Origin: Octopus sinensis
Taxonomy: Eukaryota
Direction of reading: 5' to 3'
Assembly (NCBI RefSeq): GCF_006345805.1
Contig: NW_021832495.1
Location: forward strand, 1 to 30,574
DNA length: 30,574 nt
The position numbers were made by a program, and so were the translations under genes. Of the stretch, positions 1 to 10,812 are shown piece after piece (the first letter of the stretch is position 1; each line of letters starts with the position of its first letter). A model generated the notes under the pieces. That model saw nothing but the letters and a program-made list of their open reading frames with translations, made no database searches and was not told the DNA's origin.

Positions 1-895
1 GATCACACATGTATAAAGTACGGTGAGAAAATACTTAACTGTTGGACTTTTTACAACGGGGAAGTCTGGATGAGATAAATACCGCCATAGACTGCATTAA
101 TACCATTTATATTTTGTCGCGAGCGCAGCGAGCGACCGAGCGCAGCGAGCGACCACTCAATTTCTAGATCCGACAATCAAAAAATCTATAAATTGACAAA
201 TACCCCCAGATGTATTTGGTTAAATATATTCGATAACAAAATTTAAAATCGATGCCAAAGCAGAATGAGCTTTAAACCGATTTCATAAATAAAAATAATA
301 TTTTAAAATTTATAATTGATATTTTAGAATAATGAGAAAAATCTAATGCTTCCATAATTTATAAAAATGTCAAAACAAGAATCTTCTGAAGGAGCAAGCC
401 TGTCTGCACAGTTCATTTTTGATTAGAAGACCTAATTTTTAGAGATTAAAACGAAAAAATAGCAATGAGATCTGTCAAATTATTACCCCCCTCACAACCT
501 AAACCAAATAGGGTTCAGTATTCATTGATTTTACTTTTTCTATTAAGGTCTACTTATAAATTATTTTATGGGATCAATGGAAAACTTAAGTTATTTCAAT
601 TTAATTTTAAATCATGTTAAAATTTTAATAATTTAATAAATATATTTGTTGATGATAGGCTTGTTAGGTGTCAAAGTTGCGTCTAGCGCTCGGTCGCGCG
701 CTGCGCTCGCGACATATTTCAATTCTTTAAAATCAATTTTTATTAAAATAAATATCGAGTCCGTGTTTCAACTTTATTGGTGATAATAAGTTTTCCAAAC
801 TTAGGGCTCCCCATTTTTGTAAAATCTCTCCAGTACGAAGCCCTTGGAGAATACACTCAACAGGAGCTTTGCGAAATCACAACCACACCCAGTAC
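1..895. repeat. Dispersed duplication, paralogous to 9545-9587 plus ~10717-10975
   Basis: GATCAyACATGTATAAAGTACGGTGAGAAAATACTTAA at 1 and 9545; ACGGGGAAGTCTGGATGAGAT...GACTGCATTAATACCATTT at ~56 and ~10729; 715-895 aligns by eye to ~10788-10975 (GAGTCCGTGTTTCAACTTTAT...ACCACACCCAGTACGG). Confidence 0.9.
115..714. mobile_element. 600-bp MITE, 29-bp GC-rich TIRs, TGT...ACA termini, 5-bp TSD (Ginger2/TDD-like signature)
   Basis: Left TGTCGCGAGCGCAGCGAGCGACCGAGCGC (115-143) versus reverse complement of 686-714: 28/29 identical; TATTT at 110-114 and 715-719; the paralog at ~10776-10797 shows the empty site CCATTTAAATTTCAATTC. Confidence 0.92.
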
Positions 896-1259
896 GGATT
901 TAAAATTTAATATTAAAACTCGACAATAATTTTTAATATTAAAATCTTGACAAAAATTTGAAATAAATAAAACTATATACGTTGTGTTGTGTGTGCTTTG
1001 CTGTATGCACATCAGTGGCGGTTTGTAATATCAACTATTATTTTTGACGAGTTACAAACCCCGTAGATTTGATCCACTGGGAATTATCTCAGGAGTACAC
1101 CTTTCTATCTGAATTGTATTTCATTATATATTACATTATTTAGCATCACAACTCTGTTCGAAGTAAATTAATTAAATAATTAATTAGCCTTTAATTACCT
1201 CTCTATCGACTGAAAATTCTAACAGGAATAATAGACAGTATAGTTCATATTTATTGCTT

Positions 1260-1439
1260 TTAGAAGAGGGAGGACAATTGGGCAAATATCCAGTGATCGT
1301 GGGCCTCCTCCTCCACCATGTGGTGGTGGTGGATGAGGTTAAGCTTGTCTTCACGTGCCATGGTGTTGTTGTCCTTGTGATATTGCACTGGAAAACTTCT
1401 CCGAAGACCGTGTGATTGACGGACGATTACATTTGGCAT
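1260..1439 (-). CDS. Small hypothetical ORF (59 aa, His/Glu-rich), low complexity
   Basis: ATG at 1439 after AT-rich DNA, open to TAA at 1260: MPNVIVRQSHG...LIHHHHMVEEEAHDHWIFAQLSSLF; no family recognised, and an alternative frame (PHPPPPHGGGGGP) is equally plausible. Confidence 0.2.
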   Translation of the reverse strand: MPNVIVRQSHGLRRSFPVQYHKDNNTMAREDKLNLIHHHHMVEEEAHDHWIFAQLSSLF

Positions 1440-2243
1440 TTTAATTAATTTTATTGTTAAAGATTTATTTTATTATTTTTAATGTTTTTTTTATTTATTT
1501 TAAAATTTTGTTTTTAATAGAATTTGATTAACATATAGATATTGTTTTGGTTGGTATATATTGCTATATTTTTATTAATTTTTTGTTTAAATTTTGTTTT
1601 TAATAATGACAAATTCACAATATAAGTATGAGTTGTATATTCATTATAATTATACATTTGATGAAATACTTCAGATTATTAATCGAAGGTATATATTGTT
1701 GAACTAATGTAGATTTACCCCAATATGATAAGGAAGGAACATAATTTACATGGTTTTACTTATCAAAATTATTCGCAAATATTTCCCTATTTGATTGTTT
1801 CTTTATTTTTCATTATTGCACTTATTTGTATTTTCATTTTCTACGCGAAAAAAAATCAGTTAGTTATTCAACATAAACTTTTAGCAGTTTCAGAAAAGGG
1901 GCTATTTCAAATGAACACTTCAGTTAATCACTATTGATCTTTTATTTTTTATGTCAATAAATTCAATAAATAAATCAATTTACTACATTCTACAAGGATG
2001 ATATTTTCATAAACAAATAAATTTAAGTTAAATATATTTTATATAAATCACGATATTTGATGACTGTTTTCTTTTAAATCACTTTCTGACGGAGTTGATT
2101 CTATTTGTATTTAAACTTGGCATTCTGTTCATCCAAACATTTAAAGAGTCAAATGTAGCGATTTAAAATTAATCTTATTCAGGAGATAATTTTCTTCAGG
2201 AGATGGTTTTAATAGTCATGTTCTCTTTGTTAACAATTGAATA

Positions 2244-2335
2244 CAGTCGAACTTGCCTAAACCGGTCTCTGAATATACTGGATCTCTCCCTATATCAGCC
2301 GTTTTCTTTTGTTTAATTTTTTCATGAGTCATAGC
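2244..2335 (+). mobile_element. Truncated pogo/Tigger-like terminal fragment
   Basis: TA|CAGTCGAACTTGCCTAAACCGG start typical of pogo/Tigger TIRs; no matching right end found. Confidence 0.45.
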
Positions 2336-2440
2336 TAGGGCAACCAAAAAATAGCAAAATTTTTGAAAAAAATCGCAATCACCAAAGAAAAAAATAGCAA
2401 GAATCAGTGGTTCGAAATTTTAAACTGCAGCTATGAGGCA
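2336..2440 (+). mobile_element. Orphan hAT-like left end (TAGGGCAACCA family)
   Basis: TAGGGCAACCA identical to the left terminus at 14755, followed by AAATAGCAA subterminal repeats; no right end found. Confidence 0.6.
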
Positions 2441-2599
2441 TACTTCAACTCATTAGCACTTCTGTTGGCAAGCATGTTACAAACGTGTTCCTGGGGTCGC
2501 GCTAGAAAAAAAAAAATTAATGAGTTGATAACACCCACGTGCGGCACAAACCTTCAAACTTCGTTTTAATTTTTTAATATTAAATGAAGAAAAAAGTCA

Positions 2600-3695
2600 A
2601 TTTAGTGCAATCCATTTTTGGGGCGGCACTATAGTATTCGGGAATGTCGTCATATTGGGACCCCCACGTTGTCTTTCCCGCTCCTTTAAAGACTGCCTCG
2701 AGGTATATGATAAAAAGAAAAGATATGGAATCTCCTTGTGGAGTGCCCATATTAGGCTAAATCGCCGACTGCTTAGGTTCCAATTTTCACAGATAGATTG
2801 TTTTCAAAAAAATGGCTTATCGTCTCAGACAGTCCTTCGTCAAGCGTTCTTTAGAACATTCATAGTTTTTCTCTGTGTAATTAGCTTTCAAAGCCTTTGG
2901 GAGGGTTAATTCAGAGGATATATAGGATTTTTGAGTATTTTTGGCATATTGATCGCAGACTCCGATCGCTCCACTCTAAACCCACTTTGAGGTTGTGATG
3001 GTATTTTTCACAGCAGGCTCTCATAATACGGTTTTTCCTGATGGTTACAGGGGAAGAATTGACCTTAGTTCATCTTTTTCCCCGAATTTTTGTAGTGGGG
3101 ATCAAAACTCAATGTCTTAATAGAAGAGAACAGTGAATCTCCGTTGACTCGTCTGTTGACTCGTTTAAGCTTTTAAAGAAACTTCCAAACTTGTTTCCTT
3201 TTGTTGCTCAGACAATTCTCTGATTACAAGATCAGGCATTAGATTTCTGTTTTAGAGAATTCCCTGGCATTCAACAGTCTCCGCCGATTGTTTAAAAATA
3301 TCCAAGATATTCAATAGAACTGTGCATGAGAAAAAATCGTCGATCAAGCTAGTGCAGGAGAATAGACTTTTGGAACATATGCCTCCGACCTTTAGCCAAA
3401 AGGAATCGGTTTTCACTTCAAGAAAAAGGAGTTCACAGAGCCTGCCCTCGATGATAGTAAAGTTACGGACTTGAGTTTTTCGTAGTAGAAAATGGTTGAA
3501 CCCATTCCTGGCGTAAAGCAGCTGCCTCATTTTAGATCCAGTGATCGGTATCCGGGAGTTCATAAGAATGGTTCTCTTTGAGCTTTGACTAAGTGACGAC
3601 GATAATCTCTGGATGGCCGGTGTCTACCATCTCAACAAAGTCGTGATGCCGTCTCTTCATAAATCGGGCATTCACAGCAATGATTTTTATAGGAG
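2600..3695 (-). pseudogene. Degenerate, internally deleted APE-RT non-LTR retrotransposon ORF2 (RTE-like)
   Basis: Minus-strand motifs: AP-endonuclease start KIIAVNAR...PEIIVVT (~3690-3595), GFRVERS (~2970), SKGFES, and GTPQGDSISFLFIIYLEAV (~2745-2695); many stops and frameshifts. Confidence 0.75.
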
Positions 3696-4139
3696 CTATG
3701 TTGCTGGCGTGCTCCCGACTAGTAGGAGCTGTTGTAGCATCTCAGGTTCCAAACGGTGAACCCAGCTGACTTCTCGGCGCACCGAAATTTTAGACTAAAG
3801 GACCCGGACTTCTGCAAGGTTATCTGGGTTTTCGAAGCATTTGGCGATTTCGACAGGAGGTTAAACCTCTTGATCTTTCTCTGGGTTCCTTTCCTGTTTC
3901 TTCTGTACTGAGTTTCTTTTCGGGGTCTTTGTTAATAAAGTCTTTTCTAGTCTCTATGTTTCTGGGTTTCTTTCCAAACTTGTTGACTTTTACCTTGAAA
4001 TAATCATCGTATGACTGAGCTATAAATTCTTGTCTGTTTATTAGGATTTTTTTATTAACAAACAGGCAAGACAATTGATTTTTAATTTTTCATTCTTTTC
4101 ATAAGTGTCTTTTTCGTGGTTCTATCGTCCATTTGAACT

Positions 4140-4440
4140 TTGACCATATTATGCGGGAGGATTTCAGTTCTGGAAAGTAACGTCTTTGACAGAGAAATCA
4201 CATTTTACACGCCAAATGAGAGACCTACCTTTCCTGTCATCCCGTTGGAACGTTTTCCATTACCCCGAAAAACACTAACCGGTTCCAAGATAGACGGGCA
4301 TCCCGCGGAATCAAATGCCTTCTTAATGACTTCATCTTTAATAAACAAAAACAAAAATTGACACCTCTTCAGATTAATCAAATCCATCTAGAATCTTTCA
4401 TTTGGACCAGTGATTCTCAAGTGTGCGGTCTTTGGATTCA
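4140..4440 (-). pseudogene. CRE-like RLE endonuclease fragment
   Basis: DEVIKKAFDSAGCPSILEPVSVFRGNGKRSNGMT aligns with [34 protein letters not shown] in ORF 19148-20248. Confidence 0.8.
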
Positions 4441-4679
4441 ATTGTGTCCCCGTGGTAAACTTTTAGTTTGTCTTTTTTAATATAAATAAATTTTATTTTA
4501 AAATTAAAAATTGTTTAATTAGATGAATTTTTAATAAAAGCATGTTAATCTCGCACACGTGTTATTTTTGTTTAGTTGTACCTGTTTTTATTCCACTTTG
4601 TATTAATTTTTTTGTTTAATTGGATTCAGAAGGAATATTTCGTGATGCAGTTTCTTTTAATGATTAAGTTATCTGAAAT

Positions 4680-4836
4680 TTCATCATTTTTGAGATATTT
4701 TTTGATTTTATTCCTCTAATCTGCTTCCTTCACTTTTTTGAGATTTATCGATTTATTTTTTAATCTTCTTTTTTAAATCTTTTTTGAAATTTAATTGATT
4801 GATTATTTTATGAGTGATATTGTATAAATAAAGTAT
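4680..4836. repeat. Dispersed repeat paralogous to ~9058-9223; probably the 3' part of the minus-strand integrase element
   Basis: Shared TAATCTGCwTCCTTCACTTTT...TTTAAATCTTTTTTGAAATTTAATT...GATATTGTATAAA; follows the integrase C-terminus once the RTE insertion is removed. Confidence 0.7.
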
Positions 4837-4848
4837 TATGTCACCGTT

Positions 4849-6810
4849 GGTGTAATCGGATATTTCTCCGTGAGCGGTTAATATACTCTCGAATACGAGG
4901 CTATATATTCAGCCTGCTCTTTGGGATTTGTGATGAATCTTCCATTGCTGTCATGGATTTGAGTTTTGTTAGTTTGTTTTTCCTGTTGAGTAGGCGGATT
5001 GCCGTAAACATTTTTGAAGAGTCCTTTAGCTGTTCAATTCCTGCAGCTATTAAGTCGAGTTGTTAGTGAAGTTTGTCTTGTTCACATTTTGATTTTTTTC
5101 TGGGTAGATGAACGTCTATTCTGTAAGATTTGTTTCTTCTTCGATCAGATGTGTTTTCCAGTTGTAGTCTTAGCTCCTTTTGTTCTTTGATGAGGGCAGG
5201 GAGATCAGAGTGTATACCTTTGTTGCATAGTACTTGCGACCGAAGGCCAATTGCCTCGTCGGCTGCCAAGAGGATCCACTCACCACTCATCTCAGCCTAC
5301 CTATCACCACCGGTGAAGTATCAACTGCAATAGCCAAACTTAAAAATGGCCGCTCCTCTGGACCGGATGGAATAAATTCAGAACTGTTTAAATACGGACC
5401 GCCTGCACTAACAGACAAACTGGCGGAGCTACTCAATGGTATGTTTATGAAAAAGGAATTCCTCGGTCTTGATTCCGGATTATTATACCGATCCAAAAGC
5501 CTAACAAGCAGGCTGGGCCTGTCGAAAATCTACGCCCTATAATCTGCTAAAACCCTTACGGAAACTTTGGGATTAGTTTACAGAACCGAATAAGAGAACA
5601 AGTGGACAACTATCTATCCCCGAGTCATAGTGGATTTAGGACAGGAAGATCCACCGCCGATGCTGTCTGGGCCCACAAGTGGTACTGCGCTATCACCCAG
5701 AGATACAAAAGTGCAACAACAGTCCTGGAATAGACCTGTCTAGGGCCTTTGACACGGTACGCCGTGGTCTACTCCTCAAAATACTGGAACAATTCCTGGA
5801 CCCTGACTCTGTCAATATGATAAAGTACTACTATCGAACACAAAGCTCAAGGTGCGGGTCGGCACGGCGTTTTCCCGTGAATTCACGTGCAACGTCGGTA
5901 CCCCTCAGGAGACGCCTCTCGCCGTTGCTATTCGTGATCTATCTGGAGACGGCACTACGAGACCTTCGAAAATTCTATGCTGGCAATATCGTCGAAATTG
6001 TATATGCAGATGACGTCGACTTCGTGTCAACGACAAATCGCCTTACTTCGACTCCTTGAAGTGGCACCTGCCAGCTGAACAGATGGTTCCTTAAAATGAA
6101 CTTGGAAAAACCGACATCGTTGAAATCATGAATGGAGAGCAGCTCAAGTGAAGCCTGGCGCAAAACGAACAAACTCGGTTCTCTACTTGGGGACGGCCAT
6201 GATATTGTCAGAAGAAAGGCTCTCGCTTGGGCCACGATGAACAAGATAAAGAAAGAGTGGATCGGCAAACGACGACTCTGTACGTCACTTCCGTCTGAGG
6301 ATGTATGAAGCCTTGTGTCAAACTAATCCTGACATATATTCGGCGACCTGGGAATGTCTAGTACTGAACAACGTGGACTCGATTCTTTTCACCACCGCAG
6401 GCAACTTAGATCCCTACTGGGATTGAACTGGCCTATAGAATCAACCAGGAATCGCTATACAATAGATGCAGACTGGCCCTCTGAGTGTGGAAATCGTTAA
6501 TATGCGGTGGAGGTTTATTTGGCCATATTCTACGAATGGACATGCTTGCCCCAGCTAACAGCAATGGAGCTACTTCCTGAAAGAGGGATCGAGCTTCCGT
6601 GGACGTCCACGTGTTACGCTGCCGGAAACACTTGACGGAGACCTGAAATGTGTGAAGAAAAGGCTAGGATGGTGAGGATCTGGACGAGCTGAGGAAACTC
6701 GGTCACCGACAGAGGAGGTTGGAGGAGGCTGGTTCAAAGGATTGTTTTTAAATGCTGCACGAGTAAAATTATAACTAATATGATTCTACGTATGTTGCAA
6801 ATAATAATAA
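4849..6810 (+). mobile_element. RTE-clade non-LTR retrotransposon, 5'-truncated with an inverted 5' segment
   Basis: 12-bp TSD TATGTCACCGTT (4837-4848, 6811-6822); (ATA)n tail 6801-6810; plus-strand RT motifs PITTGEV, GPDGINSELFKY, IDLSRAFDTV, LSPLLFVIYLE, VYADD (~6003-6014), C-terminal GRPRVTLP and DRGGWRRLV; 4849-~5265 encodes the upstream linker (EQKELRLQLEN, IHDSNGRFITNPKEQAE) on the minus strand. Confidence 0.92.
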
Positions 6811-7392
6811 TATGTCACCGTTCGCTGAATGGACCACGCCGTTGAGTGGACCAAAGGCAGCTTTGGTCGATTTGCGTCCGAATCAGTTTTTAAAATCAAC
6901 CGATCTCCCTCAATTATTGTATCTTTGTCGTATTTCCACTTTCGTCTCTTTATCACTTTGTCCGCTTCCACAAGAATGTTGTCATAAGCAACTTTTCGCG
7001 CATTTAAAATTTCCTCTTGGTCTTCATATCCAAGCAAATCATTTCGGTATTTTTCTAGAATGTCTTGAGGGTTTTTCTGGCCCATGAACAAATAAAAAGG
7101 AATCTTCTTAGTTGTCTCATGAACAGTGGAGTTGTAATCAAATACAATGTCTTTAAGAATAACGTCCGAATTGATCACGTGACCCACTTGCGGAAGAAAT
7201 CCATCTTTTAATCGATTGATTAAATCTATTTCTTTAACGATAACTTTTAAACCTTTCAACTTGGCCCTGGATCCATGGAGCTCTTGCTCTGCCGAAAACA
7301 TGTTTTATTCAATACTTTTCCTTACCATTGTCCGTGTGCAAAATGACCGGAGGCCCTAATAGAACAGTTATTGGAATGGACTTACCAATATA

Positions 7393-8651
7393 TAGGGTTT
7401 TCGGATCAATATAATAATTTTTCGAATCATATAATAATTTTTCGAACCAATAGAATAATTTTTCGAATCAATATACAGTAGACTATTCATTTAGCGAAAA
7501 TGAAAATTGAGCATTCGTTAAATGAATTTAACGAAAAAAATTGTTTAATTAAAAATGTGTCATGTAATCGGTAATTTTAGGTTCCTTCTTTTTAATTTTT
7601 GCCAATATATTTCTCAAATTTGTAATTAGGTGAATATGTTCACCAGATTCTTGCAAAAAATATTTTTTAATATTTTCCAAATATTTAAGTGCATCTGCAT
7701 AACCAATGGGATTGTCATTTGTGCTATCTATTTCTTCATGCTCATTTTCTTCCTCAATTAGGCATCTAAGATCTTTTTCATTCTTGACTTTACTACGGAC
7801 TACCAAGTTTTTCCATACTGAAAAAACATTTTCAATAGGCTTTAAAAATGGACAGTATGGTGGCAAAAATTTCCTGATTATAGTTGATACTTCAGTATCA
7901 TTTTCCAGTCCACGGTAGTGATGAATTTTCGCATTATCCATAATAAAAATAGGATTAGTAATATTTTTCGATAAACATAATGCTTTTATTTCTAGTAAAA
8001 CGGTTTTGAAATCTTCTCCGTTAACTGCCTTATAGAGAATTTTATGGAATAACATCCCATGTTTATTCATTGCAGCTACCACCGATATGTTTCGACTGCG
8101 GGATGCCGAAACTGATAAATGTGCCTAATGTCCAGCTTTATTTCTTCCTGGAGAAGGTCTTGTAACGACCTTAAAGCCAACTTCATCCAAAAATATTAAA
8201 GCTTTATCATTATGCAAAGCTTCCAAATTTCTGAAATCTGTTGCATATTGTCTTCTGCTTTTTTGTCGAACAGTTGAGCAATATCTTTTGGTTGAATATC
8301 CATCCAAAGATTTGTTTATTATACTTTCTCTCACATCATTAGATATTATTTGTCGGCGAACCATCGCTGGTTCGATTGAATATTCAGAAGCATTTTGATT
8401 ATGTGAATCCATTAACAGTAAATTCAGGTCAATAAAATTTAAATTTTATTTAATTTAAAAATTATTATATTGATTCGAAAAATTATTAATGTAGATTTAT
8501 TGAATTGAAAAATAAAAATCCATGTTAAAGTAATTAATTAGCTTAATCTTCTTTAATTTAAAAATTAGTATATCGGTTCGAAAAATTATTATATGATTCG
8601 AAAAGTTATTATATTCGCTCGAAAAATTATTATATTGATCTGAAAACCCTA
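7393..8651 (-). mobile_element. Tc1/IS630-like (DDE_3) DNA transposon, DD34E, IR-DR type ends, internally deleted
   Basis: TIR TAGGGTTTTCrGATCAATAT at both ends with ATAATTTTTCGAA subterminal repeats; TA TSD (7391-7392, 8652-8653), and removal restores the integrase frame; IFLDE, IMDN and PIEN with 34 residues between the second D and E; LPPYCPFLKPIE. Confidence 0.92.
7476..7750 (-). mobile_element. pogo/Tigger 3' fragment fused in frame to the Tc1 transposase
   Basis: TA|CAGTAGACTATTCATTTAGCG terminus at 7476; Tigger-like C-terminal tail ADALKYLENIKKYFLQ...KEPKITDYM follows Tc1 KDLRCLIEE in ORF 7549-8082. Confidence 0.7.
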
Positions 8652-8984
8652 TAATAAAACGCTCGCTGGAATAGACTTGTTATTTCTTCAGCTGTCTTTG
8701 TTTTTGCCATTTCCACAACAACATACTTGGAAAAAGAGTCTATAATTACTAAAATCTAAAAATATAAATCGAGTGTAATACCCAGCAAAAAGAATCATTT
8801 AGAGAGGAGTAACGTCTATGATCTATCAAATCAGCGATATAATATGTGAAAATGCGCCCGTAAATCGGTCAGTCCGTGCTGTTTCTTTAATCGCATTATA
8901 GGCTAATCCAATAGCCTCACAGCATTTCGGAGTAATTGGAAATCATTATAAAAGAAAATACTGGATGTTTATCCAATTTAATAC

Positions 8985-9055
8985 CGTGCCAAACTGTTCT
9001 CCCTGAGAACGGCGATCGAGAACCGCTGGAAAAGCCAGTTCACGTCCCGAGTTCG
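8985..9055 (-). pseudogene. Tiny 3' fragment of a CRE-like RLE retrotransposon
   Basis: VNWLFQRFSIAVLRENSLA matches TSWLFQRISVAILRGNCLS at the end of ORF 19148-20248. Confidence 0.75.
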
Positions 9056-9057
9056 GA

Positions 9058-9400
9058 TCATTTTTAAGATATTTTTGGATTTTACTCCTATAATCTGCAT
9101 CCTTCACTTTTTGAAATTTTTTGATCTGATTTTTATAATATGCACTTTTTAAATCTTTTTTGAAATTTAATTTAGTTGATGGATTATCCCATGGAGAGAT
9201 ATTGTATAAACTGTAGTATTATATATGCAGATATAATATGGGAAAATCCTCCTGTAAATCGGTCAGTCCGTACTGTGGGAATTTCCCTGAGCATATTCGT
9301 TGCATAGGATTTGTATTTTGACGTGACTATTTTAAATTTTATCTAAAATCAGAACAAGGAAAAGTCGCAAACTTTTATTAATTATTTTCGTTTTAGTTAA
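9058..9400 (-). pseudogene. Second, internally deleted copy of the minus-strand integrase element
   Basis: RTDRFTGGFSHIISA (~9275-9230) parallels RTDRFTGAFSHIIS (~8880-8840; shared GTAAATCGGTCAGTCCGT), joined directly to the 4680-4836-like 3' segment. Confidence 0.6.
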
Positions 9401-9599
9401 ATTTACTCTTGTACGTAGAGTGGCTCGAGTGATCACCGACTACTGGCTGCACGCCTCATTTTAAAACGACGCTTTGGAATCTCCCGAGTACTTGCAGCTC
9501 GTACACAGGACAGGAACTTGGGCGTGGAGAGCTTATGTGTTTCAGATCATACATGTATAAAGTACGGTGAGAAAATACTTAAACTGTTGAACAATATTG

Positions 9600-10290
9600 A
9601 CTTGAATGTGTCAATGTGATAGAAGTAATTTACGCCGAAGACATCGATTTAGTCTGCCGAGGCCAGAATTCACTCGAAAACTTACTAAGAGTAATCCCTC
9701 AATCGCTAGATAAATGGTCCTTGGTTGTAAACCCAGGTAAAACAGAGAAAACAACTATATCCTTTCCCACAACGAAAAACGTGGAGAAGTAGTGAACTTT
9801 TATGAAAGTTGGATTTCTTTTTGGGGATTTGGAGGACTTTACTTGAAGGAAAGTGCTGACTGTTGTTTCTTTCTTTCAAAATATGTACATAGGAACACGG
9901 CTTCGTATTCTACGTTGAACCAGTCCTACTTTGCAACGCAGGAACCTGAGTTCTATTCGCTATAAAACTGGAACAGCTCAACTCGTTTTTACAACGACAA
10001 TTAAAACAACTCCTAGAGTTCGATGGCCGAAAAGATGAGCAACGAAGAACTGTACAGAATTACTCATGCATCCCAAATCGCAAATAAAGTGATGGCCATG
10101 AAACTGCATCTCTTTGGGCATATCTCAAGAACATCGCAAATGACTCCGGGTAATCAGGCCATGGAATCTTATTTCTGCTTATCAAACAATACAACATATC
10201 AGGGCCGACAAAGAACAACATTACCGACCACGATGGACCATGAACACAGTAAAGCCTTGTAAGTAAACTCTCATACCTTTAAGACTAAAA
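9600..10290 (+). pseudogene. RTE-clade retrotransposon 3' fragment
   Basis: EVIYAEDIDLVC...KWSLVVNPGKTE (degenerate YADD region); MSNEELYRIT...LHLFGHISR...GRQRTTLP (ORF 10023-10262). Confidence 0.82.
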
Positions 10291-10812
10291 GGTGTCTCTT
10301 ATAGTCATTACATTTGATAGAGTTGTTTCGATATTTCCAAAAATTAAGCTGATAAACTATCTATAAAAATGAACGAGAACTCGGAATCAAAACACTAAAA
10401 AGTTAATGAAAGATAGGTAGAATTCGAAATGGGAAATTTTTAGTATTGATTCAATGTTATCCCACTAGTAAAGCCGGTCTTAATGGGCTAAAAGTCATAT
10501 ATAACATTATTAAAAAAGGATATTGGTTTTCAAGATCTTTTCATAACAGAGACTTATATATAATGTTATTAAAAAAATATTGGTTTTCAAGATCCCTTTC
10601 TTTCTCCACCTTCTAAAAAAGAAAACGAGTGGTTAAATGTGAGCAAATGCACAAAGTGCTGATTCGGGGTTAGTCATATATGTTCAGGTAAAAATAATAT
10701 CAATAAAATTCCATCATACTTTTGACAGACGGGGAAGTCTGGATGAGATTAAATACCTACCATAGACTGCATTAATACCATTTAAATTTCAATTCTTTAA
10801 AATCAATTTCTA

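Larger units (their letters stand above)
6823..8900 (-). pseudogene. Ginger/Gypsy-type rve integrase, interrupted by the Tc1-like element and cut at its 3' end by the RTE
   Basis: After removing 7393-8651 and two introns (8756-8781, 26 nt; 7356-7385, 30 nt): YIADLIDHRRYSSLNDSFCW/ILVIIDSFSKYVVVEMAKTKTAEEITSLFQRAFYYI/GPPVILHTDNGKE...HVFGRARAPWIQGQVERF; then VFDYNSTVHETTKKIPFYLFMG and IIEGDRLILK (ORF 6786-7301). Confidence 0.88.

Noticed and set aside
1606-1937. Possible spliced single-pass membrane gene (24-nt intron-like segment ~1690-1713 plus ORF 1725-1937)
   Set aside because: The upstream exon has a stop in the required frame; the hydrophobic stretch is explained by AT-rich composition
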